Shown in pieces: positions 13,058 to 26,225 of a DNA stretch of 58,844 nt; position 1 is the first letter of the stretch, and each line of letters begins with the position of its first letter. The translations under genes and the position numbers were made by a program. Origin of the DNA: Octopus bimaculoides (lineage: Eukaryota); contig NC_068987.1 in the NCBI RefSeq assembly GCF_001194135.2, positions 82,065,655-82,124,498 on the forward strand. Direction: 5' to 3'. The notes below the pieces were generated by a model, which saw only the letters and a program-made list of their open reading frames with translations, was not told the origin of the DNA and did no database searches.

Positions 13058-14291
13058 NNNNNNNNNNNNNNNNNNNNNNNNNNNNNNNNNNNNNNNNNNN
13101 NNNNNNNNNNNNNNNNNNNNNNNNNNNNNNNNNNNNNNNNNNNNNNNNNNNNNNNNNNNNNNNNNNNNNNNNNNNNNNNNNNNNNNNNNNNNNNNNNNNN
13201 NNNNNNNNNNNNNNNNNNNNNNNNACACACACACACACACACACACACATTTTTTAACGCTTTCCTGTATCATCATTATTTTGTGTCTGCTTTCCATGTT
13301 GGTACATGTTGGATGAGTGTAGAACATCAGAAAAGACCTCTCCAACACATGCCAACTTGGAAAGTGGACATAAAATGATGATGATGAGGAGGAGGATTGT
13401 GGTGGTGGTGGTGGTGACAATGATCATGATGCTATAAAAGCATGTTGTAGTCTGCTTGATGCTTTATAAAATACAAAAAAAAAAAAAAAAACTGCCAGAA
13501 ATATTGCAGAAGACATAAATAAGACCAAGAACAAGAATGTTTTGAGTTATTGCCTGAAAAATACTTAATGATCTTGGTATTTCAGATAACATGCTCTTTT
13601 ATGAAGGGTTGGGAAAGAAATAATATCCATGTAGGCTGACACATTATCACATGCTTAACATGACAACCAACAAGGATACTTATTTTATCTCTCTCCCATT
13701 ATCCTAACAGTTGTAAAGGGGTATTTACCCAAAATATCAGGATCTTTATTTTTAAGGCAATGATTCAATTTGTTCCTGTTCTCAGAACTCATATGGCGCC
13801 AGACAAATCAAACATGACTTCATTATATAGGGACAGATGTGGCAAGAAGCTTGCTTAGCAATCACATAGTTCTGGGTTCAGTCCTACTGCATGGCCTTGT
13901 GAGTAGATTTGGTAGATGGAAACTGAAAGAAGCCCACCATATGTATGTGTATGTGTGTGTGTGTGAATAAATATAAAATCCAAGATAAATATAAGAATTG
14001 TAGGAAGAAGGTTAGCTTCAAGCAATCCATAGTAAATATAAAAAAAACAACTTTCAGGGGACAATAGTGGTTTATTGAGACAGAAGGTTGTAGATTTTCT
14101 TTCGAAGTATGATAAATTGAAAAGAGTTCTTTATATTTCTCAGTTGCGAACCGTTGGAAAACGAACCTCCACCAACTATTCTGCCTATATGTCTGTGCAT
14201 ACCTTTCAATGCAATGTATACCAGCACCACCACTACTATTACTATTACCACTACCACCACCATCGTTACTACTACTACTACCTCAACAACA

Positions 14292-14325
<34 letters not shown>

Positions 14326-14828
14326 GTATTTCAGACCAATGGTGCCTGCACATGGTCACATGGAATAATTTAATCCCCTTCCTCAAATTACGTGCAAACA
14401 ACTTTTGTAAAGAAGACACATTAAATAATGTACTCCTACATATACTATACCCCCAAAATAAACAAAGGAAAAAAGATACTGAATTCCTGTCTTTCATTTA
14501 AGTCTCGATCCATTCCTTTTATCACAGACCCTTCTTCCACCATTTCTTCATTTATAGCAACCTTCCTGCTTGTTTAAAACCCTGTCTCTATAATTCTCTG
14601 CCTATGTCTTCATAGGAGTATGCACATATTTATGTTAACAAATCGACAATCATGACCTTTCCTTTACATTGTTTTATCTTTTTTCATGCCACATTTTGTA
14701 TCTTCTCCCTCACCCCTCACCCCTACTTCCTGCACCCAACCCTCCACCATCACTTCCCAACATGCTTCCTGTAATTGCATGAGCATGTTCTAGTCTGTAC
14801 TGCATGTATGTATAAGCATATATCTCTG

Positions 14829-14869
<41 letters not shown>

Positions 14870-14879
14870 GTACATGCAT

Positions 14880-14935
14880 ACAGATAGATAGACAGAAAGA
14901 CAGATAGATAGACAGACAGATAGATAGATAGATAC

Positions 14936-15000
<65 letters not shown>

Positions 15001-15041
15001 CAGACAGATTGATAGATAAATAGATAGACAAACAGACAGGC

Positions 15042-15080
<39 letters not shown>
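14880..15080. repeat. (GATA)n/(GACA)n microsatellite
   Basis: Direct reading. Confidence 0.95.
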
Positions 15081-15125
15081 GCTTCATCATTCGTTATGTC
15101 TCATACTTGACAATGCTTTTACATA

Positions 15126-15660
15126 TACAGGGTGTGTAAGGTATTGGAGGAGATACCTTTTTTGGGTCATTGCTGCATTTTTTGCTAACTCTGTATAATC
15201 TTTGTTTCAGAAAAAAATAATGGCAGACCCTCAGCTTACTCAAGAAATGAAGGGTCATGCTGTTATTGTGGTTATAAAGTCTGAGCATAGCAATTTAGAA
15301 ATATCTCGATTTTTAAAATTTGCCAGATCTTTTGTCTACAAAGTTTGTAAGGAGTTAGAGACCAAAGATGGAAACATATTGTAAGTATTGGAGCATAAAA
15401 AGCATTCTAAACACTCTGAAATCATCAGAACATCTGAATTTATCCAGTAAGTTCAACAGACCATTGATTACAATCCCAGAAAGTCCATGAGGTCCATTGC
15501 AAAAGATCTCCATGTGTCAGAAGGAACAGTCAGAAATGTTGTCCATGAACACATCAGATATAAGTCTTGTATAATGAGGAAAGGTCAATTTATGTTAGAA
15601 AAAGCAAAAGAAAATCACTACATGAGATCTAAAAGGCTCTTAAACAAACTGATAAGTCCA
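15126..15660 (+). mobile_element. 5' part of a DD37D/maT-type Tc1-mariner transposon
   Basis: TACAGGGTG end; LEISRFLKFARSFVYKV and NPRKSMRSIAKDLHVSEGTVRNVVHEHIRYKS HTH motifs. Confidence 0.75.
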
Positions 15661-15674
15661 GCAGATTTGATTTG

Positions 15675-15716
<42 letters not shown>

Positions 15717-16227
15717 AATACATGCACACACATAACATTACAGCATCATTCAGACCATCAAATGTTATTATACACTGCTGATCACAGTACGCTTCCAATT
15801 CAGTCTTGATTGTGCCATTCTTTTCCATCTTGTCCCACATTGCTTAACTAAATCATCTTCCCATCATCGTGGTGGCCTTCTGTTGTGTGGAAGTAGAACA
15901 CCCCTATTAGTTGGCTCCTAATGGACTATGCCACAATATAAATGGACACACGCAGAGTCAAGCCAAGACTTGTGCATTGTCAAGGGTTATTACTAATATC
16001 TTGAGATGAACGATTTGCGAGGAGATTATTATTATTATCCCATTATATCATACATAGAAAGTGCGATATAACACCTTCCACGTGGATTTTTCTGATCTCT
16101 TGGATATCATGAAGCCACTACACAGGTCCTCCCGCTGTCAAAGAACCTTGCAACATATCTGGCTGAGTGGAACTTGAGCTTTTGGTACTCTGTGATCACA
16201 TCTTGGCAGCTGAAACAATATGACACA

Positions 16228-16263
<36 letters not shown>

Positions 16264-16637
16264 CACACATATACATACAGGTTTGCCCAAATGTCACCGG
16301 ACAGTAAATCAAAACCATTTAATTCCAAGATTAAAACAAATCATTTTATACGAGACTTCCCTAATAAATAGACAAATGTTGAAAAAGACAAACAAACAAA
16401 AAATGGTGATTTTAACTCACAGCATTCAATTATGAAACATTCTTAATTGGAATGAATAAACAAAATTGAATATTAAGCGTTTATGGAATTTTGATTTACT
16501 GTCGGGTGACTTTTGGCCAAACCTGTAGATACATGTTGCACCTTGGGTAGGTGCCTTCTTCTATAGCTCCTGACTAACCAAAGCCATGTAGGTGTATCTG
16601 CTTGAATGAAACTGAAACTGAAAGAAGCCTGTCATAT

Positions 16638-16682
<45 letters not shown>

Positions 16683-16904
16683 TGCCTCTATGCCTTGACA
16701 TTACATTATAGCTGCAAGCTACGGTCACCATCATACAGGTGATGTCCTTCATTGCCAATCTTCCTTGAAAACCTGCCTGGTCATGGGGAAATGTTACCTT
16801 AATTGGATACAGGTGAGGGTTGGTGACAGGAAGGGCATCCAGCCATAAAAATTCTGCTTCAGCAACTTCCATCTGAAAATTCTATTGAAAAGTGAACTCT
16901 AAAA

Positions 16905-17117
16905 CGATGATGAAGATGGTGATGATGAGATGGAAGAGGAGGAAGTGGACGACGACAATGATGACGACAATGATGACGACAACAGTGACGATAATAGTGA
17001 TGATGATGATGATGATGAGATGGAAGAGGAGGAAGTGGACAACGATGATGATGATGATGATAATGATGACGAGAATGATGACAATAACAATGATGATGAC
17101 AACAGTGATGATAATAG

Positions 17118-17148
<31 letters not shown>

Positions 17149-17150
17149 AC
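16905..17150. repeat. Compound (GAT/GAC) microsatellite containing a ~100-bp higher-order duplication
   Basis: GATGAGATGGAAGAGGAGGAAGTGGAC occurs twice. Confidence 0.9.
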
Positions 17151-17999
17151 ATATGTATATAGATATATTACATATACTTTAGCCTGTGAGGGAATTTGCT
17201 AAATGAAAACCTGCAGGAAGCTTGTCGTACATCTAAGTGCATGTATGTGTGTATACTGAGAAGGAGATTGAGAGAGTGAAAGAGAGAGAGAGAAAGAGAG
17301 AGAGCGAAAGCATCCCTTTGACAATCTGTATTTGAGTACTGTACTCATTGTACTTTGCTGCACAATTGAAAGCATACATACGACTTCCAACAGTTTAAGA
17401 GAAGGCCCTTCGTAATGACAAAGTAACAGATAATGAATATTTGCTTAGCTTAAACAAACAATCAGTTCACAGTGGCCTCTTTGAGAAAACAAGGAATAAT
17501 ACGCTGTTAAGTACAAGTGCTGCTGACACTGATAAGACCAATTACCAAACTAAATGAATTTTCAAATGATAAAATGAGGAAGAGACATATGAAGTGAGAG
17601 GCTGGAATGTTAGAATAAAAGAGAGAAAAGACAAAAAGAAGAAGTTTTTTTTTATCAATAATGGTTTTTTAATTCATAAGAATTTGTGATTCTTTGAGAT
17701 TATCTCCAGTTCTAATTCAAGAGTTAATAGCAATTACTGTTAGGTGTTTATTTGTTTATCTTCCCCTTGAAGCGAAGATTATTTCGTTAAACCAAAGAAT
17801 CTATCATGTACAGTATTCAGTATGCAGCTCTTTAGCATCCAAATTCATGTTATGTACCACTCTTCGTTAATTTTATCTGTTTGTTTTTTGCTCACACACT
17901 CACACACATGATGGACTCTTCCATTGAAGACAACATATGAGCATTCAGCTTTTGCCAAGCGACCTGCACAAATGATTTGTTTAAGGTGATCAAATGCTT

Positions 18000-18195
18000 G
18001 TGCCACACATTAGTTCCTTCTCTCCATCAAGTCGACATTGTCTGAATGGGTGCACGGTGTGCCATGCGTCAGGTGTCAAAGTGATCACAGAGCAACATCA
18101 GATGAAGTGTTTTGCTCAGGAACACAACATACCACCCAGTCTAGGAATTGAACTCACTATTGCTAGATCATGAGTGCAACACCTTAACCACCCTA
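18000..18195 (-). mobile_element. SINE family B, partial
   Basis: Reverse-complement head and core. Confidence 0.6.
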
Positions 18196-18469
18196 AACCT
18201 ATATATATATATATAAATTTATATAAATAAAGATAAGATCATTATTTAAAATACCGATCATATCAAGATGGCTAGCATGGGAATAAAAACCTCATAGGTA
18301 ATAATTATTATTAAAATTATAATTAGGGTATCTAAAAGATACCTTCATGCTAGATATAGCAGTCAAAACTTGACTCTAAAACCACATCAAATATTCAAAC
18401 AGCACTAGGAGAGAAGTTTATTTTGTCTCTTTGTCACAAATAGAATCTCAATCAAATCGAAATTAAAAA

Positions 18470-18848
18470 TGGAAATTGTAGTTGTGGCCGATGGCAGTGC
18501 CGCCTCACTGGCTCCTGTGCTGGTGGTATGCAATGAGCACAATTCATGCATGGGTCATTGCCAGTGCTGCCTGACTGGCTCCTGTGCTAGTGGCATGTAA
18601 AAAGCACCATTTGAATGTGGCTGATGCTAGTGCCACCTGATTGGCTCCCATGCTGGTGACATGTAAAACGCACCCACTACACTCTTGGAGTGGTTGGTGT
18701 TAGGAAGGACATCCAGCTGTAGAAACATTACCAGATCAGATTGGAATCTGGTGCAGCAGTCCTGGCTTGCCAGTCCCCAGTCAAATCGTCCAACCCATGC
18801 CAGCATGGAAAATGGACATTAAACGATGATGATGATGATGATGATTGA
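18470..18848 (+). mobile_element. RTE-LINE 3' end with (GAT)n tail
   Basis: Same 3' UTR family. Confidence 0.8.
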
Positions 18849-19003
18849 TTTATATATATATATATATAGATGTACTTGCATAGCAAGTGACCTGATCTGA
18901 GATCGTGTGCTGGAACGAAAACAATTGCAGCGTGGAAGGTGTTTATAAGCCATTTAAAATAACACACAAAATCTGTTAGATTCACTTCAACATTTAAATT
19001 TAA

Positions 19004-19049
19004 TTTGTCAAAATATTTTCGTCGCTTTGAGACCGCGACCTGTTCACTG
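19004..19049 (-). ncRNA. Hammerhead variant with G3:C8 core (family 5, left arm)
   Basis: CA-GUGAACA-G-GUCGC/GGUCUCAAA/GCGAC-GAAA-AUAU-UU-UGACAAA; stem II is perfect, stem I is cut to 2 bp by a TTCACTG duplication. Confidence 0.6.
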
Positions 19050-19079
19050 TTCACTGTTCACTGTGATGCAGCACAGAAT

Positions 19080-19130
19080 TTTCTCAGTGAACAGATCGCG
19101 GTCTCAAAGCAACGAAAATATTTTGACAAA
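19080..19130 (+). ncRNA. Hammerhead variant with G3:C8 core (family 5, right arm)
   Basis: UUUCUCA-GUGAACA-G-AUCGC/GGUCUCAAA/GCAAC-GAAA-AUAU-UU-UGACAAA; stem I pairs 6 of 7, stem II has two G>A changes. Confidence 0.6.
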
Positions 19131-19211
19131 TTAAATTTAAATGTTGAAGTGAATCTAACGGATTTTGTATGTTATTTTAAATGGCTTATAAACACCTTCC
19201 ACGCTGCAATT

Positions 19212-19250
<39 letters not shown>

Positions 19251-19431
19251 CACACACACACATATATATATGTATGTATGTTTCATACACAGAATTATTT
19301 GCAGTTGAGTGAGATCCTTAATAATAATAACAATAATGCAGCAGATATTGATTGGTCACTTGCTTAACAGAAGTATATCAATCTCTTTGATGTGGCTTCT
19401 TTGAGTAAATGGGAAATAATATGCCATTTAC

Positions 19432-19491
19432 AGGAAACAATGTCACTGGCATCGCTGATTAATTGCTGAAATGAGTTTCCACTTGATGAAG
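19432..19491 (-). CDS. Candidate internal exon (phase 1-1, 60 nt)
   Basis: tatccctctgcAG acceptor and weak CCT|GTAAAT donor; single open frame SSSGNSFQQLISDASDIVS. Confidence 0.35.
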
Positions 19492-19582
19492 CTGCAGAGG
19501 GATACACATATACAGAGCAATGAAAAGAGAGTGTATAATTTAAGGAAATGACTATGTGACAGTAATATATTTGTTTCAGAAG

Positions 19583-19990
19583 GCGGCGAGCTGGCAGAAA
19601 CGTTAGCTTACTGGGCAAAATGCTTAGTGGTATTTCGTCTGCTGTTATGTTCTGAGTTCAAATTCCACCAAGGTCGACTTTGCCTTTCATCCTTTCGGGG
19701 TCGATTAAATAAGTAACAGTTACACACTGGGGTCAATATAATGAACTTAATCCCTTTGTCTGTCCTTGTTTGTCCACTCTGTGTGTAGTCCCTTGTGGGC
19801 AATAAAGAAATAAGAAACGTTAGCACACCGGGCAAATTGCTTTGCAGTATTTCATCTGTTTTTACTTTTTGAGTTCAAATTCTGCCGAGATTGACATTGT
19901 TTTTCATCCATTCGGGGTTGATAAATTAAGTACCAGTTGCATACTGGGGTTGATCTAATAAACAGGCCCCCTCTCTAAAGTAGAAAACAA
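19583..19990 (+). mobile_element. SINE family C, dimeric form
   Basis: Two GAGTTCAAATTC...TTTCATCC...AAGTACCAG monomers joined by a linker also seen at 54500-54575. Confidence 0.75.
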
Positions 19991-20014
19991 TATGTTCGTG
20001 GAGATAAGGCAATG

Positions 20015-20215
20015 AGCTGACAAAATCGTTGGCACACCGCGCAAAATGCTTAGAGGTACTTAGTCTGTCTTAATGCTCTGAGTTCAAATTCCGCCGAGGT
20101 AGACTTTGCCTTTCATCCTTTCGAGGTAGATAAATTAAGTACCAGTTGTGTACTGGGATTGATCTAATCAACTGGCCCCGCTTCCCAAAAATTTCGGACC
20201 TTGTGCCTAGAGAAG
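20015..20215 (+). mobile_element. SINE family C monomer
   Basis: A box, internal hairpin, GAGTTCAAATTCCGCCGAGG. Confidence 0.75.
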
Positions 20216-21058
20216 AAAAAAATATATTTGTTTCTGTGCTTGTATATTTTTCCCAAACATAAATCCATAAAAAAACTGAAGGACCACTGCAATAAGTGCG
20301 TGAATCTGAGGGTGGAATATGTTGAATAATTATCATAATTAACTGATCCTCCTGTATTTTCTTTTACCCAAGGCTAGGAACTCTTCGGCACCCCCCTCAA
20401 ATATGTATGCCTGTGTGTGTTTGTCTGCATCACAGCTTGACAACAAGTGTTAGTTTGTTTAAGACTTTCTTCATAAATTAGAAGTCTGGCAAAAGAGACA
20501 AGCAAAATAAGCAGTAGAGCAGATATAAATAAATAAATAAATGAATAAATGTATAAATAAATGAAAATAAATGAATAAATATAATAAATAAATGAATGAA
20601 TTGCTAAAATTGTTGATTTGTTTGACTAAATCTTTTGAGGAAGCACCCCAGCATATCGGCAATTCAGCGACTGAAACAAGTCTTAAGATAAAAAAAAAAG
20701 GATAAAGATAAGTGTGTAAGTAAGACATAGAGGCAGGGGGAGGGAGAGAGAAAGCGGGGAGGAAGTTTCCTTGAGGAATGCTTTGATTAGTGACATCACA
20801 TTAAAAGCTAGTTGGATCCAGAGGCAGAAGACAATCTAGAGAACAATCTAGAGAAATATCAAAAGATTCCTATGCCAATTTTATGTTATAGACCTCGTAC
20901 TTCTAACGTTTGCAGTACAAATATATTATGTTCTCTTCTTAAAACCATTGTTATTCTCCAATGTACCACAAAAGAACAACAATTGTTCATCATTATGGTG
21001 CTGAATAAACTTCCCTTTCATTTTATTCAACCAAAAATTGCATACAGTTACACACATA

Positions 21059-21275
21059 TACGAGGGGGTGCTGAAAAGTTCCTGGCTTTAAAGGTATCAC
21101 GAAAGGTATGGTCAGAGGCCCAACCTTTTGTGTTATTTCATAGGGCTTAGAAAAACTGAAGGACTACTGCAATAAGTGTGTGAATCTGAGAGGGGAATAT
21201 GTTGGATAAAATCATAACTGATCCTGCTGGATTTTCTTTTACCCAAAGCCAAAAACTTTTCAGCACACCCTTGTA
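21059..21275 (+). mobile_element. mariner-derived MITE (partial copies at ~20270-20400 and ~21350-21480)
   Basis: TIRs TACGAGGGGGTGCTGAAAAGTTCCTGGCTTT / AAAGCCAAAAACTTTTCAGCACACCCTTGTA; internal GLEKLKDYCNKCVNLRGEYV resembles the mariner C-terminus. Confidence 0.8.
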
Positions 21276-21298
21276 CCCTCATGTATGTATGTATACAC

Positions 21299-21333
<35 letters not shown>

Positions 21334-22471
21334 CACACACACATTTATATGAGTGAGTGTTGTAAAGTCCCTGGCTTTAAGGGTATCATGAAAGGCCTGG
21401 CTGGAGGCCCAACCTTCTGTGTTCTTTTACAGGGCTTAGAAAGATTGAAGGACCACTGAAATAAGTGTGTGAATTTGGGACCTCAAGGACCTGCAAGTCC
21501 TTTTTTAGATTTAAAGGATGATGAACAAAACAAGATGCTCTCCGTAACAACCTTGCTACTGAGCAAAGTTAACTGTAAATTAAAATGATAAAAAGAACAC
21601 ACACGCACACACACACGTGTGCGTGCATACATACATACATACATAGTCACACACACACACAAATACATGCACATATATATATAGACATATATGCATACAC
21701 TCATGAATAAATATACACATGCATACATGAATACATACAAACATTCATACCCACATGGATACATACATGACACATACATGTCACATGCATACATGCACAC
21801 CTCCCTCCCTCCCTCCCTACCTACTTGCCTACCTACCTACATACATACATACATACACTTTTGGCTCGGGAGGTTTGTTAACCAAGTTGTGTACACATAT
21901 CTACACACTGACATATGTAAGCGCACACATACACACACACAAGCAAATATGAACACAGACACACAGAAACTAACACACGCATACTTACAGAGACACAGAC
22001 ACACACCCATACATACTCACATACTACCCCCTCCCCTCTCACTAATATCATTTTCCTTCTTGTGAAATTCAAAACATGCCCTCTAGAAACATTCATATCA
22101 TCATATAAGACTTCCATATTTTATCCTTTTCAATTTTTTATCTGTGATATAACTTTATATGTTTTGAATTAATAATTACTGAAATACCTTTTAAACATAA
22201 AACTAGCTGCAGTGCAGGTTTTTACAATTTATCCTCAATATTTTTTGAGATATATCTTCATTTTTTCCAAGGAGAATGCAATCTAGTTTTATCAACTTTT
22301 TACTTTCATTTCTGGGGAAAGAAGATGGAATCTGAAAGAAAATTTGTGGTACAATTGAATCAGGTGATGCTGATCTTCTACAGATGAAGTAGTTCAAGAT
22401 TGAGACAAATGGAGATTTGTGGATTGCAGATCTGTCTGTATAATACCAATGGAAGAGAAATATATTAACAT

Positions 22472-22760
22472 ATAGGTGCAGGTTTTGGCTGTGTGGTAAG
22501 AAGTCTGCTTCCCAACCAGATGGTTCAGGTTCGATCCCACTGCATGTCAGCATGGTCAACTTGGGCAAGTGTTTTTTACTACAGCCTCAAGTTGACCAAA
22601 GCTTTGTGAGTGGATTTGGCAGATGGAAACTGAAAGAAGCCTGTCGTGTATATCATCATCATCATCATCGTTTAACGTCCGCTTTCCATGCTAGCATGGG
22701 TTGGACGATTTGACTGAGGACTGGTGCAACCGGATGGCTACACCAGGCTCCAATCTAATT
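22472..22760. mobile_element. SINE family A 5' part (+) abutting a young RTE 3' end (-)
   Basis: Matches to both families. Confidence 0.75.
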
Positions 22761-22792
22761 TATATATATATATATATATGCATATGTATATG

Positions 22793-22878
<86 letters not shown>

Positions 22879-23754
22879 TAGATGTATGTATATATTATCA
22901 TCATCATCATCAAAATTGAGACAAATGGAGATTCGTGGATTGCAAATACTTGGAAAGCCTGATGCCAGCCTCCACATGCCGAAACTTGGGATTGAACCAT
23001 GACATTTGGATCTTCAGTCAAATGCTCTCCCAACTGAGCTATTTCAACTGGCTTATATGTATATATAATGGGCTTCTTTTAATTTACCCTTCCCAAATTG
23101 ACCTACAGCGTTCAGGGTGGGAAATCCAGATGTAAACTATGTGCTTGTGTTTATGTAATATTATAGGGTGGCAACATTAATGTAGAATGTGACATCTGAG
23201 AGCTGTTGATGTTGCATGAAATGTGTGACAGTGTTGGTTATTGATTTTGTATTGACACTTGTGTTATTTTATTGGGTGATAATAATTTATTATTTTACCA
23301 TTTTAATTACCTTCGTGTCATTCTCATCATCATTACCTTTGCTGTTGTTGTTGTTATTGTTGTTTAAGTTCAAGTAAGCTCCTACTGGGCTGAATTACAA
23401 TCACAGGCATTCTATCTATGACAAATCTGTCTTTTAGTATATCCAGAGCATTGTCCAGTTTGTCCTTCCTTTCCTATAAAAGTAGAGAGAATTTGGCTGC
23501 TGTCTCTAGCAGGTTGAACAACTCCATTAGTTCATTGTTGTAATCGTTATGCCGTTGCTATTGATGGTGATGGTGGTGGTGCTGGTGGTGGTGAAGGTGT
23601 TGGCGATGGTGGTGCTGGCAGTGATAACAATGACGGAAAAGAAGATTTGTAGAAATAATTTACTCTTTTGCCCCTTCATTTGGATCTATTGTTGTCTGTG
23701 TGTCCTTTTGTTATTCTGATTAGTGCTCCTATAATACATCTGAAAAGTGCAACC

Positions 23755-23807
<53 letters not shown>

Positions 23808-23883
23808 CATATCAAATTTAATATGTACTGCTCTGTATCTTAGAGTGTGTGTCTTCTTTCAGATTTATATTTTTTAGAGAGGT

Positions 23884-23977
<94 letters not shown>

Positions 23978-23989
23978 TGTGTGTGTGTG

Positions 23990-24270
23990 AAGGTGCATGG
24001 CTTAGTGGTTAAGGTGTTGCACTCACAATTGCGAGATTGTGGGTTCGACTCCTAGACTGGGCGTTGCGTTGTGTTCTTGAGCAAAGCACTTCATTTTCAT
24101 GTTGCTCTGCAATCATTTCGACATCTGACATATGGTACCTGTTGCATCTGTACAGGTAATGTTGATCTGATGGAGTGAGTGAGTTTATGTGTACACAAAC
24201 ATTTGATCACTATAAACAAATTGTTTGGTAAGAAATTGTCGAACCCTCATACGTCGTCTAATGACAGGAG
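23990..24270 (+). mobile_element. SINE family B
   Basis: GGTGCATGGCTTAGTGG...GGGTTCGACTCC...GTTGTGTTCTTGAGCAAAGCAC. Confidence 0.75.
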
Positions 24271-24316
24271 AGTCCATTACTATATATGTATATATGTATA
24301 TATGTANNNNNNNNNN

Positions 24317-24358
<42 letters not shown>

Positions 24359-25380
24359 GTACATGTATACATATATGTAAAACAGAGATAAACCTCTATG
24401 TCAATATGTTACTGGTCATTGAGTGCTTTTTCAGATTGTTTTTGTTATTGTGTTGAAATATTTGACACATTGCAGAAAACTCCCAATGCTGTCATTGTGG
24501 TTTATTATATTAATCAAAAGAGGAGTTTTTTGTCGCTAAATAGCAATGTGTTTTTTAACAGAGTATTTTTCTGATATGGCAGTAAATGCATAAAGAAATG
24601 CAAATAAATTGAACACGGTATGTATTAATAGCTTTTTGTTTCTTGTTGTTTAAAGTGGATTTCTTGAATTGAATATATACTTGTTACAAATGTATTGTTA
24701 TTGTTGTTATGTAACACTACAAAGAAATAAATATGCAGTGTAAAATGAAGAACTAATTCCTTTTGTGGTTTTTCTTTTTTGTCAATTAGATTCTTTGTGA
24801 AAGGACAAAATATAAACATATCGGAAATAAGACCTACCAACTTCCTTCTAAAATATCTAAAACATACGTGGATCAATAAATATTTATTTATTTTTATTAA
24901 ATGGAAATATGAATGGTTATTTATTGTTGTTTCTTAAGCATTATTCCTCCCTATAGAAATTCACACATAGACTAAGTGCAATCAAAGCGAACCTCTCAAG
25001 GTTATATTGATGGAAATATAATTAAATGACTTCTCAATTGATAAAGAACAACCACACTAAAATTCTTAAGTTTGTACATTATTCAAATAATTAGAATATA
25101 AATTAGGTGTTCAGCAGAGATTTTCTTTGCAAACAGAAGAGATATACAATTGATTTTAGTTAAGTTACGCTTATAACAACGAAATATTTGACACCACCTA
25201 ACATGTATTGATGTATATTAAATATCAAGCTTTTCTGATTACTAGATAATATTCTAATAATATAACACTTATTTCCTGTTCATTTGGTGATATATTTTAT
25301 TGGTGCACAGTTTTAAACATCAAACATACACTAATCATACAATGGCAAATCAATACATTTCTTTATAATTAGAGCCTCAC

Positions 25381-25484
25381 CAACCCAAATCTTTCAGATA
25401 TTTGAACATAAGACTACATTGTAGCAGTTGCTTCCCCCTTGTGTACCAATCTCCATAAATTACAGTCCAACCTTGACCTTCCCA
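25381..25484 (-). CDS. Candidate exon (phase 0-2, 104 nt)
   Basis: gttttgcAG acceptor and TTG|GTGAGG donor; single open frame WEGQGWTVIYGDWYTRGKQLLQCSLMFKYLKDLG. Confidence 0.25.
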
Positions 25485-25601
25485 CTGCAAAACATATGCT
25501 ATTCTATTCTTCTCTGTGATACAAATCTCTCGACTTCTGTCAATAACCTACAATGATGTCCAGTCTATATTTTATATTTTACTTTCCTTAAGAAGTGCCT
25601 T

Positions 25602-25909
25602 GTGGAGGCACATGGCCTAGTGATTAGAGCAGCAGACTCGTGGTCGAGGGATTGTGGGTTCGAATCTCAGACCAGGTGATGCGTGTGTTTATGAGTGAAA
25701 CGCCAAAGCTCTCTGTGGCTCCGGCAGAAGGTAATGGCAAACTTCTGCTGACTCTTTTGCCACAACTTACTCTCACTCTTTCCTCCTGCATCTTGCAGCT
25801 CATCTGTGATGGACCGATGTCCCATCCAGTGAGGGAACCTATACGCCAATGAAACCAGGAAACGAGCCCTTATGAGCCAGGCATGGCTTGAGAAGGAACA
25901 AACAACAAC
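25602..25909 (+). mobile_element. tRNA-derived SINE (family B-like head) with 12-bp TSD, one mismatch
   Basis: AAGAAGTGCCTT at 25590-25601 and AAGAAGTACCTT at 25910-25921; (CAA)n tail. Confidence 0.85.
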
Positions 25910-26010
25910 AAGAAGTACCTTATCATTTATCTTTTACTTGTTTCAATCATAGGATTCTGGTCGTGCTGGGGCACTGCCTCAAAGGGCTAAGCAAATTGGC
26001 CCCAGGACTT

Positions 26011-26225
26011 GCCAGTACCGCCTGACTGGCCCTCGTGCCAGTGGCACGTAAAAGCACCCACTACACTCTCGGAGTGGTTGGCGTTAGGAAGGGCATCCAG
26101 CTGTAGAAACTCTGCCAGATCAGATTGGAGCCTGGTGCAGCCATCTGGTTCGCCAGTCCTCAGTCAAATCGTCCAACCCATGCCAGCATGGAAAGCGGAC
26201 ATTAAACGACGATGATGATGATGAT
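26011..26225 (+). mobile_element. Young RTE 3' end inserted into a SINE A remnant
   Basis: CpG-rich, little-decayed copy ending GTTAAACG-like plus GAT tail. Confidence 0.8.

Larger units (their letters stand above)
18869..19215. mobile_element. Foldback element with 131-bp inverted arms, probably Penelope-like
   Basis: Arms 18919-19049 and 19085-19215 with four transition mismatches, 35-nt spacer, (TA)n on both flanks. Confidence 0.85.

Noticed and set aside
14140-14200. RIVGG (serine-protease activation-like motif) on the minus strand
   Set aside because: No downstream trypsin-family residues; chance five-residue match
16070-16212. Minus-strand exon candidate after attgtttcAG
   Set aside because: All frames hit a stop before a convincing donor
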